From assembly GCA_049317745.1 (NCBI GenBank), contig JBMOHR010000002.1, positions 9,997 to 73,996 on the forward strand: DNA of 64,000 nucleotides. Reading direction: 5' to 3'. The notes beneath the pieces were generated by a model. The model was not told the DNA's origin. It searched no databases and saw nothing but the letters and a program-made list of their open reading frames with translations. Below, one piece after another: positions 34,039 through 42,130 of this stretch (the stretch's first letter is position 1; the number at the start of each line of letters is the position of its first letter). Source of the DNA: Ignavibacteria bacterium. Its GTDB lineage: Bacteria > Bacteroidota > Ignavibacteria > Tepidaquicellales > Tepidaquicellaceae. The position numbers were made by a program, and so were the translations under genes.

Positions 34039-34521
34039 CTACAGAGACCCTATCTCGTTTTCCCATCCCTGGTAATAATGATTGAGCAATTCAGCAATCA
34101 GAGTTTTAATATTACGTAAAAATACAGGAGGATTGTTCTGAGAAAACTTCCACAGTCTGGTATTACCTTCATAAGCGATGAAAACGCTTTCAAGATTGTT
34201 CTCACTTCCTGATTCAGTTGAGGCCGAAGAATCTGCAAGCAATAAATCATTAAAGACAACATACCTAAGCAGATTATTCAAATCATTATCACCGTGAAAT
34301 ATACTTGTTTTAATAATCTTATTCACAGATCCATTTTTAATGTTCACTTCAAGACGATATTTCCTGACATCAACGACAAGTTCATTTTTACCTGGCAGGG
34401 TTATTTTCGAATAAACGACACGTGAATCATCCGAGTAATAGTCACAACTTGAAACCGAGCATCCTGTATTTAATAAAGCTGCAATGAACAGAAACAGAAC
34501 TCCGTATAATCTTAGTCTCAT
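34039..34521 (-). CDS. Hypothetical lipoprotein
   Basis: Signal peptide with lipobox (LLNTGC). No family recognised. Confidence 0.5.
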   Translation of the reverse strand: MRLRLYGVLFLFIAALLNTGCSVSSCDYYSDDSRVVYSKITLPGKNELVVDVRKYRLEVNIKNGSVNKIIKTSIFHGDNDLNNLLRYVVFNDLLLADSSASTESGSENNLESVFIAYEGNTRLWKFSQNNPPVFLRNIKTLIAELLNHYYQGWENEIGSL

Positions 34522-34687
34522 TTATTGATAGATTAATTATTCCTTTTAGCAAAAACGATTAATATAAAATAAAGCTATATTATATATTATAAAATGACTT
34601 ATACATAAGCTATCGGATACATCGATTAGCGAACTTCAGAGTGCATAAGCGATATGTAGTTTTAACGAAGAAAAAAGGAACAAACAA

Positions 34688-35653
34688 TTATCTTGGAGGT
34701 GGACGGTTCAACGTTCCCGGACGTAATCTGTCAGGGTAGAAGAGAAGTTTTTTCAAAGCTATCACTTTGCCAGTTGAAACATCGAACATTTCAATTTTAA
34801 AAGAATATTTCTTTACGGGACCCGGCTGAGAAACATCGGGAGTGGGTTCACTTTCAAGATGTTTCATAATATCCATTCCCGAAAAGACATTTTCAAATTT
34901 CTGATTCTTACCGGGTGTTAGATTATAATGAAGTGCGGTTTCCTTTATTACCTCACCGTCGTCACTCATAAGTTTCAAAGAATAGTCCTTTGTTACATCC
35001 CCGCCAGAATTATTATATATTTCGAAGAAGACAGACATTTCTTTAATTCCAAAAATATTATTATTAATATGAGGGGTTATTTCTTTAGTACCGTCAGGGT
35101 TTACATCAATCTTAGAGAGAAGCATTAAATCGCTGGTTGACATATCCAGTGAAGCAAAGTCGACGGCATTTACGCTGAATGACTTCTTGTAATCACTGTT
35201 CATATACACATCTTTGAGTTCAACTTCCAGTTTATAAACATCGGACGTGACAGAATAGCTGTATAAATAGAGCTGCGATTCTTTTGCTTTGGCTTTTATT
35301 TCTTCGTAACTGTATAAGGATGTTTCTTCATATTTTTTAGACTGAACGGTTTCGCCTGCGGCATTTTTAAGATTAACAGTTATAAAGATTTTCGAATAGT
35401 AAGTGTTGTTCTGGTAATTCTTCTGGAATGAAATATTTGCAATCGGTATTTCAACGGACAAGTCCAGCCTTGGTTTTGATGATGCGGAATCGTAGAACAC
35501 AAGCGGGTCGGCAAAGAATCTATTCTGCCCAGATTCAGACATTTCTTTATGCATATCCCTGAAATCGGATGACGGACCGCAGGAAGCAAAGACGAACAAG
35601 AACAAAGATGATATTACATAAAAGTATTTCAGAATCAGCTGTTTAAATTTCAA
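34688..35653 (-). CDS. Hypothetical lipoprotein
   Basis: Signal peptide with lipobox (VFASC). Beta-rich, Pro-rich C-terminal tail (RLRPGTLNRPPPR). No family confidently recognised. Confidence 0.5.
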   Translation of the reverse strand: MKFKQLILKYFYVISSLFLFVFASCGPSSDFRDMHKEMSESGQNRFFADPLVFYDSASSKPRLDLSVEIPIANISFQKNYQNNTYYSKIFITVNLKNAAGETVQSKKYEETSLYSYEEIKAKAKESQLYLYSYSVTSDVYKLEVELKDVYMNSDYKKSFSVNAVDFASLDMSTSDLMLLSKIDVNPDGTKEITPHINNNIFGIKEMSVFFEIYNNSGGDVTKDYSLKLMSDDGEVIKETALHYNLTPGKNQKFENVFSGMDIMKHLESEPTPDVSQPGPVKKYSFKIEMFDVSTGKVIALKKLLFYPDRLRPGTLNRPPPR

Positions 35654-35763
35654 AGGTTTAAATTAATACATTTTAAGCAGACATTCTATTTAATTAAATC
35701 AGAGACAAATTTTTACGCTTAAATAATAAACGGTTGTAAGTATTTTTGAAATGTTATGATAGA

Positions 35764-36834
35764 ATGAAAACTCTGAATACATTTAAATATAATAGCTTAA
35801 TTGTTTATTATTTCTCAGGAACGGGCAATGCACTGAAGGCATCGGAATGGCTGATTGAAAAAGCAAGAGAGTATAACATCAATACTACTCTGCATTCCAT
35901 CGACAGGTTTGAGGAAATTGGGAAACCTGCGACTGATAACAAAACACTGATTGCATTCTGTTTTCCTACTCACGGTTTTAATGCTGCTCCATTAATGCTG
36001 AAGTTCATAAGAAAATTTCCTTTGGGCAAAGCTGATGCTGTTATAATAAACACAAGAGGCGGGATGAAGTTTAAGAAGATTTACTTCCCGGGATTAAGTG
36101 GAGTTGCACAATTACTGCCAATGTTATTCCTGATTTTGAAAGGTTACAGAATAGCAGGGTCATTACCGTTTGATTTACCGTCGAACTGGGTATCTCTTCA
36201 TCCCGGCTTAACCGATTCTGCAGTTAACGATATTGTATGCAGAAGGAAGGAACAGATGTACAGGTTTGCAGACAGATTGTTTATTAATGGCAGGGCATAC
36301 AATTATAAGTTCTTTCTGTATATGCCTCTGGACGCAGCAATAATCCCGATAACAATCGGCTATTATTTCTTTGGAAGGTTTATGCTTGCAAAAACATTTT
36401 ATGCCTCTGCTGACTGCAATGACTGCAGGCTTTGCGAGAACAATTGTCCGACTAATTCCATTAAGATTGTGAACGACAGACCTTTCTGGTCTTACACCTG
36501 CGAAAGTTGTATGAGATGCATAAGCATTTGTCCAAAGAAGTCAATTCAGACGGCACATTCATTCATCATACCACTGTTGTATTTACTGTCACTGATACCA
36601 ATTACTTCAGCAGTGTTAAATATATTTAATATTAAAGCAGGCGAAGGAATGCTTGCAGAGTTAATTGCAAGTTTAATAAACTGGGGAATAACATTAGTAT
36701 TAATATTTGCTGCATACAGAATATTCTCTTATCTGCTGAAGATAAAATTCATAAACAGAATGTTTGAGTACACTTCCCTAACGCGCTACTGGAAGCGGTA
36801 TATGGCTCCTGGTGTAAACGTTAAAAAGTTATAA
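35764..36834 (+). CDS. EFR1-type ferredoxin: flavodoxin-like N-domain, 2x[4Fe-4S] domain and C-terminal membrane helices
   Basis: YYFSGTGNA flavodoxin-like loop. Two CxxCxxCxxxCP motifs (CNDCRLCENNCP, CESCMRCISICP). About 3 hydrophobic C-terminal helices. The ORF track starts at a TTG at 35746; the in-frame ATG at 35764 is preferred. Confidence 0.7.
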   Translation: MKTLNTFKYNSLIVYYFSGTGNALKASEWLIEKAREYNINTTLHSIDRFEEIGKPATDNKTLIAFCFPTHGFNAAPLMLKFIRKFPLGKADAVIINTRGGMKFKKIYFPGLSGVAQLLPMLFLILKGYRIAGSLPFDLPSNWVSLHPGLTDSAVNDIVCRRKEQMYRFADRLFINGRAYNYKFFLYMPLDAAIIPITIGYYFFGRFMLAKTFYASADCNDCRLCENNCPTNSIKIVNDRPFWSYTCESCMRCISICPKKSIQTAHSFIIPLLYLLSLIPITSAVLNIFNIKAGEGMLAELIASLINWGITLVLIFAAYRIFSYLLKIKFINRMFEYTSLTRYWKRYMAPGVNVKKL

Positions 36835-36836
36835 TT

Positions 36837-37787
36837 CTAAGCTCTCATTATTAAAATCACATTCACGATTACAAAGACACTGATAAGGGCAACAAAGCTG
36901 ATAAAATCGAGTTTCTTTGAACGTAGAGCAAGTTTATCGTTGTCTGTGTCTGCCCACTTAAGCGAGATTACTGTAATACCAATCATAATCAGAATAGAAA
37001 GGAACGTCAGGTTATGAATGCTGTCGAGCAGTGTGTTTGCAGTTGAAGACGGCACAATGGATTCGATAATGTACTTATTACCAACTGCGGCGAATATCCC
37101 GCCGACGCAGAGTCCGAGCCTGTCTGCAAGCGACGGCTTGATAAGAAATCCGAGCAGTGCGATTGAGAAGGCTACATAAACACCAGTGAGCATTTTCACG
37201 AGTATGCTAGCAGAATGTTCTCTTGTCATATATATTTCCGTTGACACAGCCGGATAGTGGCTTGAGCCTTTCAGAACAGGGTCGCCGAATGTAGTGTTAT
37301 AACTTTTACTGAAGCCGAAAGTTTTCATCGTGTCAATTCTCCAGTCGTCGAGAGCAAATGTAGAATCAATTTTCGAATTTTCCTTATCTGCAATAAAGAC
37401 CAAAGCAGTTGCATCGTTAAGAGTATGTTCGACGTGAATACTTAAAAGCTGTTTATCGAAAGGAAAGTTTGTAACATCCCATTCTTTATTGATAACGGCT
37501 TTGCATTTCACCTGCGCCCAGTTCTTACCGCCCTTCTTTTCAGTTGAGAAGTTGCTGAACTCAATACTCTTCGAGTTAGGAATTTCAATGGCATCCTGAA
37601 TCTTCAGGCTGTCGTTATTATAAATAAACCATATCCAGAAATCTGCTTTGAAACTCGCATCATCTATTTTAAAATCTGTAAGCGAAAGAATATACATTCC
37701 CACGTAGCAGGTATCCTTCTGTACGGAGGCACTTGCAGCGGTTGAGAAAGAAACGATAAATAGTATAAGTATAAGAAATTTTTTCAT
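36837..37787 (-). CDS. Prokaryotic pentameric ligand-gated ion channel (Cys-loop receptor superfamily) homolog
   Basis: Signal peptide, ~170-aa beta-rich domain containing NFPFDKQLLSIHVE (the FPFDxQ Cys-loop signature, cysteine-less as in bacterial members). Pre-M1 Arg, then four TM helices with a short M3-M4 loop. 316 aa, similar in size to GLIC/ELIC. Confidence 0.75.
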   Translation of the reverse strand: MKKFLILILFIVSFSTAASASVQKDTCYVGMYILSLTDFKIDDASFKADFWIWFIYNNDSLKIQDAIEIPNSKSIEFSNFSTEKKGGKNWAQVKCKAVINKEWDVTNFPFDKQLLSIHVEHTLNDATALVFIADKENSKIDSTFALDDWRIDTMKTFGFSKSYNTTFGDPVLKGSSHYPAVSTEIYMTREHSASILVKMLTGVYVAFSIALLGFLIKPSLADRLGLCVGGIFAAVGNKYIIESIVPSSTANTLLDSIHNLTFLSILIMIGITVISLKWADTDNDKLALRSKKLDFISFVALISVFVIVNVILIMRA

Positions 37788-37797
37788 TTGTAATTAA

Positions 37798-38580
37798 TTA
37801 TTTAGGAAGTCTGAAAGAAAAACCTCCGTTAACAAAATAGTCGGGAGCATTGTCTGTAATGCGAAGTCCTGCCGATGCATCGAATGCAAGGTTGTTCAAA
37901 GCTAAAAAGCTCAGACCAAAATCGAATCTATGGTCAGCCCTTGTCTTTTCGGGCATAAAGCCATACACTTCCGCAAAGCCCGAAACACGTTTAGAAAATT
38001 CATAACCGAGTGAAAGCGTGTAGAAGAAAGTCGGCTCTGCAGTGTTTCCGTCCCACGAAGCACCAAGGTTGTAACCTGCAGAAAAATTATCGGTAATACT
38101 ATTTTGCATAGCAAGAAGAATGCTGGTACCTGTAAAATTGTTTTTAAGTTCTTTTGAAGCAAGGTTTGGCAAAGTAAAGTTGATTTCAAAACCGATTGCA
38201 GGGCGCAGACCCTTTTCGTCACAGGCATTCATTTTAAAACCTAACGAAACAGGGCTAATACCTTTCTTGCTTGAGCTAAGTCCATTTTCTTCAGTTGTTT
38301 CATTTGTGTTTTCGACCTGCATACGCAGTTCAAGATTATTCAAAACACCATACCTCATAAGCACAGACGGGTATGAATAGTTTTTAACTGTAGAACCGCT
38401 CTGAGAGTTTTTTTCATAGACAAAACCTGCCTCGAACTGAAAACTCTTCAGCGGAATTACGTTCGGACTTTCTGTCTGGTCGGGTCTATCGGGCGAAATC
38501 GGTTCAACCTGAGCGAATGAAGAATTCACAAAGACAAACAAAGTTACAAATGTATATATAGTATAAACAAATTTTTTCAT
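37798..38580 (-). CDS. Outer-membrane beta-barrel channel, MetA-pathway-of-phenol-degradation-like (transporter family)
   Basis: Signal peptide, SPDRPDQTESPNVIPLKSFQFEAGF N-terminal motif typical of this OMP family, alternating strands, C-terminal aromatic region (GGFSFRLPK). Confidence 0.65.
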   Translation of the reverse strand: MKKFVYTIYTFVTLFVFVNSSFAQVEPISPDRPDQTESPNVIPLKSFQFEAGFVYEKNSQSGSTVKNYSYPSVLMRYGVLNNLELRMQVENTNETTEENGLSSSKKGISPVSLGFKMNACDEKGLRPAIGFEINFTLPNLASKELKNNFTGTSILLAMQNSITDNFSAGYNLGASWDGNTAEPTFFYTLSLGYEFSKRVSGFAEVYGFMPEKTRADHRFDFGLSFLALNNLAFDASAGLRITDNAPDYFVNGGFSFRLPK

Positions 38581-38652
38581 AGCGTAATTGTATAAATTAA
38601 TGACTATGTGATAACACAGGCGAGGTTAGAATTGTTCCTTATCAGGTTTTAA

Positions 38653-39336
38653 TCAGCTCAGGGTAAATTCTTTCGAGCAAGTATTTAGGCACTCATAAGG
38701 TTTTGTTCCGGTTTTAGTAATGGCAAAGAAAGCAGTAGCTTTTTTGTATAAAGTCATTAGTTGAGCATCAGGTCCTATAAATTTAGAAACGATAGTCTGA
38801 AATTCGTCAGGGGTTTCTTCTTCAATTCGGACAGACGTGAAAGCATAATAAGTAAAACTGTACAAATCAGGTTTGATAGGGGCACTCAGGAATACAATAA
38901 AGTGTGCATCATAAGGAGGCAGCAGATTCTGCTCATGAGTTCTGTCAATTTTAATTTTGACAGTTGCGAACTTAGTATCCAGTTCGAAGGAGTCAAGATT
39001 GTAACCGATACCCTGTGGAGTAATGGAACAGAGAGGGCTAAGATAATCTGGATGAATCTTATGATTATTCTCTTTAAATATTTTTGTATAAGCACTTCTG
39101 CCGGGAGCGTTTGAATAATCCCAGACTTTTTTCAAATCACCGACAGAGTTAACAGCTTTAGCAAACTTGATTGCGGCACCGAACTTATTGCGATTCTCTA
39201 TAGATTTTTGGGACTGGCTGATTTTAACTTCACTATTATAAACGGAAATAAAACTCTTACCATTCATATATCTGTAAATTACATCTCCGACTCTGCCCCT
39301 TACGCCACCGAGGGGCTGTTTTACTGCTCTTGCCAT
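38653..39336 (-). CDS. Hypothetical cytoplasmic protein (possibly DUF6266-like)
   Basis: No signal peptide. The N-terminal GGVRGRVGDVIYRYMNGKSFIS resembles the G-x-x-G-K/R-V-G start I recall for Bacteroidota DUF6266 proteins. The assignment is weak. Confidence 0.45.
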   Translation of the reverse strand: MARAVKQPLGGVRGRVGDVIYRYMNGKSFISVYNSEVKISQSQKSIENRNKFGAAIKFAKAVNSVGDLKKVWDYSNAPGRSAYTKIFKENNHKIHPDYLSPLCSITPQGIGYNLDSFELDTKFATVKIKIDRTHEQNLLPPYDAHFIVFLSAPIKPDLYSFTYYAFTSVRIEEETPDEFQTIVSKFIGPDAQLMTLYKKATAFFAITKTGTKPYECLNTCSKEFTLS

Positions 39337-39380
39337 AATACTAATTTTGGTTAAAGTAATGTATTATTTAAACTTAAGTA

Positions 39381-39432
39381 AAATGGAGATATAATGCAAG
39401 TATAATGGAGGTATAATGGAGTCATAATGCAG
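39381..39432. repeat. Tandem repeat, 11-bp period, ~4.7 units (consensus ATAATGsAGnT)
   Basis: ATAATG recurs at exactly 39391, 39402, 39413 and 39424, with a degenerate unit at 39380. The array lies 45-96 bp upstream of the start codon of 38653..39336. Confidence 0.9.
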
Positions 39433-39587
39433 TTAAGAAGAAAAAAAGAGCGTAGAATAGCAGTATTTGCGAGAAAGAGGATTTAAATAAATGTGGAAGT
39501 TGGGATATTTTTGAGGTTAGACTCACAGAGACCGCTAAGAAGATACGAAGTTCAAGGAGAGAGAATTTCAGAATTTATGGACTTCGT

Positions 39588-39776
39588 TCAATTAGTTTTT
39601 GACTCTTTCCAGAGACCGATGCTAAGAATAATTGCCAACACAAGAAACACAACACTGGCAAGAGTGGGTACTTCATAATTTCCAATCAATATGCGGAATG
39701 GAAAAATAAGTCGATATAGATGAATGAGACCTGCAATGCCGAAGAATGCTGCCGATATTTTTGTAAATGATTTCAT
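39588..39776 (-). CDS. Small two-TM membrane protein (62 aa)
   Basis: Two hydrophobic helices (ISAAFFGIAGLIHLY; VPTLASVVFLVLAIILSIGLW). Starts 17 bp after the stop of the GIY-YIG gene on the same strand. Confidence 0.45.
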   Translation of the reverse strand: MKSFTKISAAFFGIAGLIHLYRLIFPFRILIGNYEVPTLASVVFLVLAIILSIGLWKESKTN

Positions 39777-39793
39777 GGTTGTTATTTCAGAAG

Positions 39794-40657
39794 TTATACT
39801 TTAGCTATCTTTTCATTAGACTCAAATTCTTTTAGTGTTTTCCCTTCTTTATTCTTCCATTCTGTTAGACCGTTTGCATTTCTTCCCATTACCATAACAG
39901 CTGCTGTTGATGGACTACTAAAAATGTAATCGTCGGAAAACTCAAAATATTCTCCTTTGTCAACAAGAACACCTTCATTAATTAATCTCTGCCTATAATT
40001 AACAAAGCTTGGGGTCATCGAGTTTACAATATTTGCTGCTGCTTTAGAAGCTTTGAAAACTACAAAACCGTCTGAAGTAGGTTCACCTTGTCCGTCAGCT
40101 CCACGAGTCGCTTTAATGAAAAAAGTTTCTTGTTTTTGCTTAACTTTAAACTCTCTTTTCTCATAAAATACTTTATGCCCTAATGTATTTACAAGCATTT
40201 TAATGTTTTCTATAAACTCTTCCATTTCTGCTCTGTCAGGTTCAGAAATTGCAGATTGAGTTGGTATAATTGAATTATCAACCTTATATCGATTAGCAGC
40301 TTTTGCAATATCGTGAAGTCTATTTTCTAAATATTTTATGTGGGCTTTGTTCAAATTTTCGTCTTTACTTATGAATACTATTGCTTCATTCCAAAAATCC
40401 TTTTGATTTAATTGTTGGTTTAATCTCTTCAAAATTGATTCTGCTTCTCCAATATATACAATTTCCTTTCCTTCTTCATCTTTACCAAACAGCAAATAAA
40501 CACCTGTACTTATTAAGTCGCCTCTATCAGTACAGTCCTTAATTTTAATTCTTGGAATTTTATATGCCTTTCCGGACCAATTGGAAAGTTCACAACTCAT
40601 CCTTCCATTTGGATCTCCGTCAATTAGAAATATTTTTATTGTTTTCCCGAATTTCAT
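39794..40657 (-). CDS. GIY-YIG nuclease family protein with DUF4357-like C-terminal domain
   Basis: N-terminal IKIFLIDGDPNGRMSCELSNWSGKAYKIPR, then GVYLLFG...IVYIGEAESILKRL (GIY...YIG), SKDENLNKAHIKYLENRL, and the C-terminal FSSPSTAAVMVMGRNANGLTEWK typical of this family. Confidence 0.75.
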   Translation of the reverse strand: MKFGKTIKIFLIDGDPNGRMSCELSNWSGKAYKIPRIKIKDCTDRGDLISTGVYLLFGKDEEGKEIVYIGEAESILKRLNQQLNQKDFWNEAIVFISKDENLNKAHIKYLENRLHDIAKAANRYKVDNSIIPTQSAISEPDRAEMEEFIENIKMLVNTLGHKVFYEKREFKVKQKQETFFIKATRGADGQGEPTSDGFVVFKASKAAANIVNSMTPSFVNYRQRLINEGVLVDKGEYFEFSDDYIFSSPSTAAVMVMGRNANGLTEWKNKEGKTLKEFESNEKIAKV

Positions 40658-40696
40658 TTGGTTTTAATATAATGTTTAAAATCTTGCATCTTCATC

Positions 40697-40782
40697 TTGT
40701 TAAAAATACTTAATTCGGATTTTAATAACAAAGACATATATGAGGATATAAAGTGTAAAAGATAGGACTGGGAGGTAGAAGC
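40697..40782 (-). promoter_or_regulatory. Copy A of a duplicated ~90-bp promoter/operator module (upstream of the GIY-YIG operon)
   Basis: Shares an identical 26-mer AAAAATACTTAATTCGGATTTTAATA (40702-40727) and about 80 percent identity by eye over ~86 bp with 42032-42130. On the minus strand it reads TTTG-N20-TATTTTTA, 40-75 nt upstream of the ATG at 40657. Confidence 0.5.
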
Positions 40783-40887
40783 TTTCGGATAGGTTGGAAT
40801 TTGTCAAACACGATATAAAAAGATTGATTAAAGGAGTAGAGATTCCTTCTAAGAGCATGAAGGATTGACAGTGGGAGGAAGAACGAG

Positions 40888-40912
40888 ATCCCCGCCAAGA
40901 CCAAGCGGGGAT
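40888..40912 (-). terminator. GC-rich hairpin, possible terminator of the bestrophin-like/DUF5808-like operon
   Basis: ATCCCCGC (40888-40895) / GCGGGGAT (40905-40912), 8-bp stem and 9-nt loop, 47 nt after the stop at 40959. The downstream tract (CTCGTTCTTCC) is only weakly U-rich. Confidence 0.4.
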
Positions 40913-40958
40913 GACACAAGGTGTGGGAGATTTTGACTCCCTTAGCAATTACTGATTA

Positions 40959-41186
40959 TTAATGGATGTTGCCAATGTTTAGCATTAGAACAGCGAAAGC
41001 TATAATGCACAATACTATCAGGTATGAAAAAGGGTTTGCAAAATTTAAGGTCCAGCCCATCCACTGATTTCTTTTTGGTAAAATATATCTTGGGTCTTTG
41101 TGGTTGAAGTAAAAGATTCCCCATTTATAATTGTCAGGATTGTTTCTCATTCTGTCCAGTTCGTCCTGTTCAAATTGTGTTTTCAT
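40959..41186 (-). CDS. Small membrane protein (DUF5808-like)
   Basis: NPDNYKWGIFYFNHKDPRYILPKRNQWMGWTLNFANP followed by one TM helix. This matches my recollection of the DUF5808 motif (W-G-x-FYFN..D.R..vPKr...GwTlNfa). Confidence 0.5.
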   Translation of the reverse strand: MKTQFEQDELDRMRNNPDNYKWGIFYFNHKDPRYILPKRNQWMGWTLNFANPFSYLIVLCIIAFAVLMLNIGNIH

Positions 41187-41217
41187 TTATCAAGAATTAT
41201 AATTGTATTTAATTCTT

Positions 41218-42006
41218 TTACGGAAAATCTTTTAAAGCAGTTTCGAGGTCGTGAATTGGTTTTAAAGATATCTCTGTTCCGCTTTCACCCTTTGAAGAAT
41301 AATCAAACGGGTTATCAAGGTCTTTGATTAATAAAAACATATAAGAAATTAAGAAGGTAACGAGTAACGTAAAGAAGAGTGAAGAGTAAAATGTTCCGAT
41401 TTCGATTATTAACATTCCAAATGCGATTAAAAGACCCATTACCTGTACGATTGCATAAGCGGAGCTGACAAATTCAGTGTCTCTAGTTGTGTCAATTCTT
41501 AAAATCATCTTTCTTATGCTGCTCTGTTCGGTTTTCATTTTAATAATATAGTTAGCCATAATACCTTCTTTATCGAGTTCTACAAAAAAGTGATTCATCA
41601 TGCTGACTTTATTCAGAATGGAAGTTGTTCTTTCCTTTTTATAAAACCAATCCATCAATGAATTAAGAAATGACTTTTGAAATTCGATAAACTTAAGAGC
41701 AGTATCAGAATTTTTACCTTTATATATAGTGTAGGTATCGTCAAGCAAAGATTTCATAGTTGCCGAAAGTTCGCTTGGAAGTTTTTCGCATTCTTTATAA
41801 TCGGAAAGCACACCACTGATAAGAAATCCAATGAGGAATATGGTACCTGCGACTAAGCTTGTGAAAAGGGCGTTTAACTCCATAACTTCAAATCCAAACT
41901 GATGAGCAGTAAACTTTAATACTGCAATCAGAAAAACTAATGGCATTATCTTGAATGCTATGGACCATTTCTGCCATATCAGCTTTTTGGTTTTACTTAT
42001 TTCCAT
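41218..42006 (-). CDS. Bestrophin-like-domain (DUF4239-type) membrane protein
   Basis: Two N-terminal and two C-terminal TM helices around a helical soluble region, ending LIKDLDNPFDY (the family-typical l-D-x-P-F motif). Assigned by architecture and motif only. Confidence 0.45.
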   Translation of the reverse strand: MEISKTKKLIWQKWSIAFKIMPLVFLIAVLKFTAHQFGFEVMELNALFTSLVAGTIFLIGFLISGVLSDYKECEKLPSELSATMKSLLDDTYTIYKGKNSDTALKFIEFQKSFLNSLMDWFYKKERTTSILNKVSMMNHFFVELDKEGIMANYIIKMKTEQSSIRKMILRIDTTRDTEFVSSAYAIVQVMGLLIAFGMLIIEIGTFYSSLFFTLLVTFLISYMFLLIKDLDNPFDYSSKGESGTEISLKPIHDLETALKDFP

Positions 42007-42031
42007 GTGAGCAAATTAAGATCTTAATTTA

Positions 42032-42130
42032 TTGTAAAAATACTTAATTCGGATTTTAATATCAAAGACATACCTTAGGATATAAAATATCAAATATAAA
42101 ATATAAAAGATAGAGCGTGGAGGGAGAGGC
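42032..42130 (-). promoter_or_regulatory. Copy B of the duplicated promoter/operator module (upstream of the bestrophin-like operon)
   Basis: Identical 26-mer at 42036-42061. On the minus strand TTTG (42063-42066) -N20- TATTTTTA (42035-42042), 29-60 nt upstream of the ATG at 42006. Carries an ~11-nt AT-rich insertion relative to copy A. Confidence 0.5.

Noticed and set aside
39381-39432. The 11-bp tandem repeat considered as a CRISPR array or minisatellite-like mobile element
   Set aside because: The units are contiguous with no spacers, far shorter than CRISPR repeats, and no cas genes are nearby. It is treated as a regulatory tandem repeat instead.
39493-39678. Plus-strand 61-aa ORF overlapping the 62-aa membrane protein gene
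   Set aside because: It has no plausible upstream promoter or partner gene on the plus strand. It overlaps the better-supported minus-strand small TM gene, which is positioned 17 bp after the GIY-YIG gene.
40700-40948. Minus-strand ORFs 40700..40948 and 40722..40919 in the gap between the DUF5808-like and GIY-YIG genes
   Set aside because: They overlap each other in different frames, span the terminator-like hairpin and promoter-module copy A, and encode Cys/Ser/Pro-rich sequences with no protein-like features. The region is better explained as regulatory or 3-prime-UTR DNA.
41394-41404. Exact 11-mer TTCCGATTTCG matching the 3-prime end of tRNA-Leu (31724-31734), considered as a possible attR of a tRNA-integrated island
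   Set aside because: The match is only 11 nt and lies in the middle of the bestrophin-like CDS rather than at a gene boundary. It is not extended by flanking identity, and no integrase is present. It is most likely chance.
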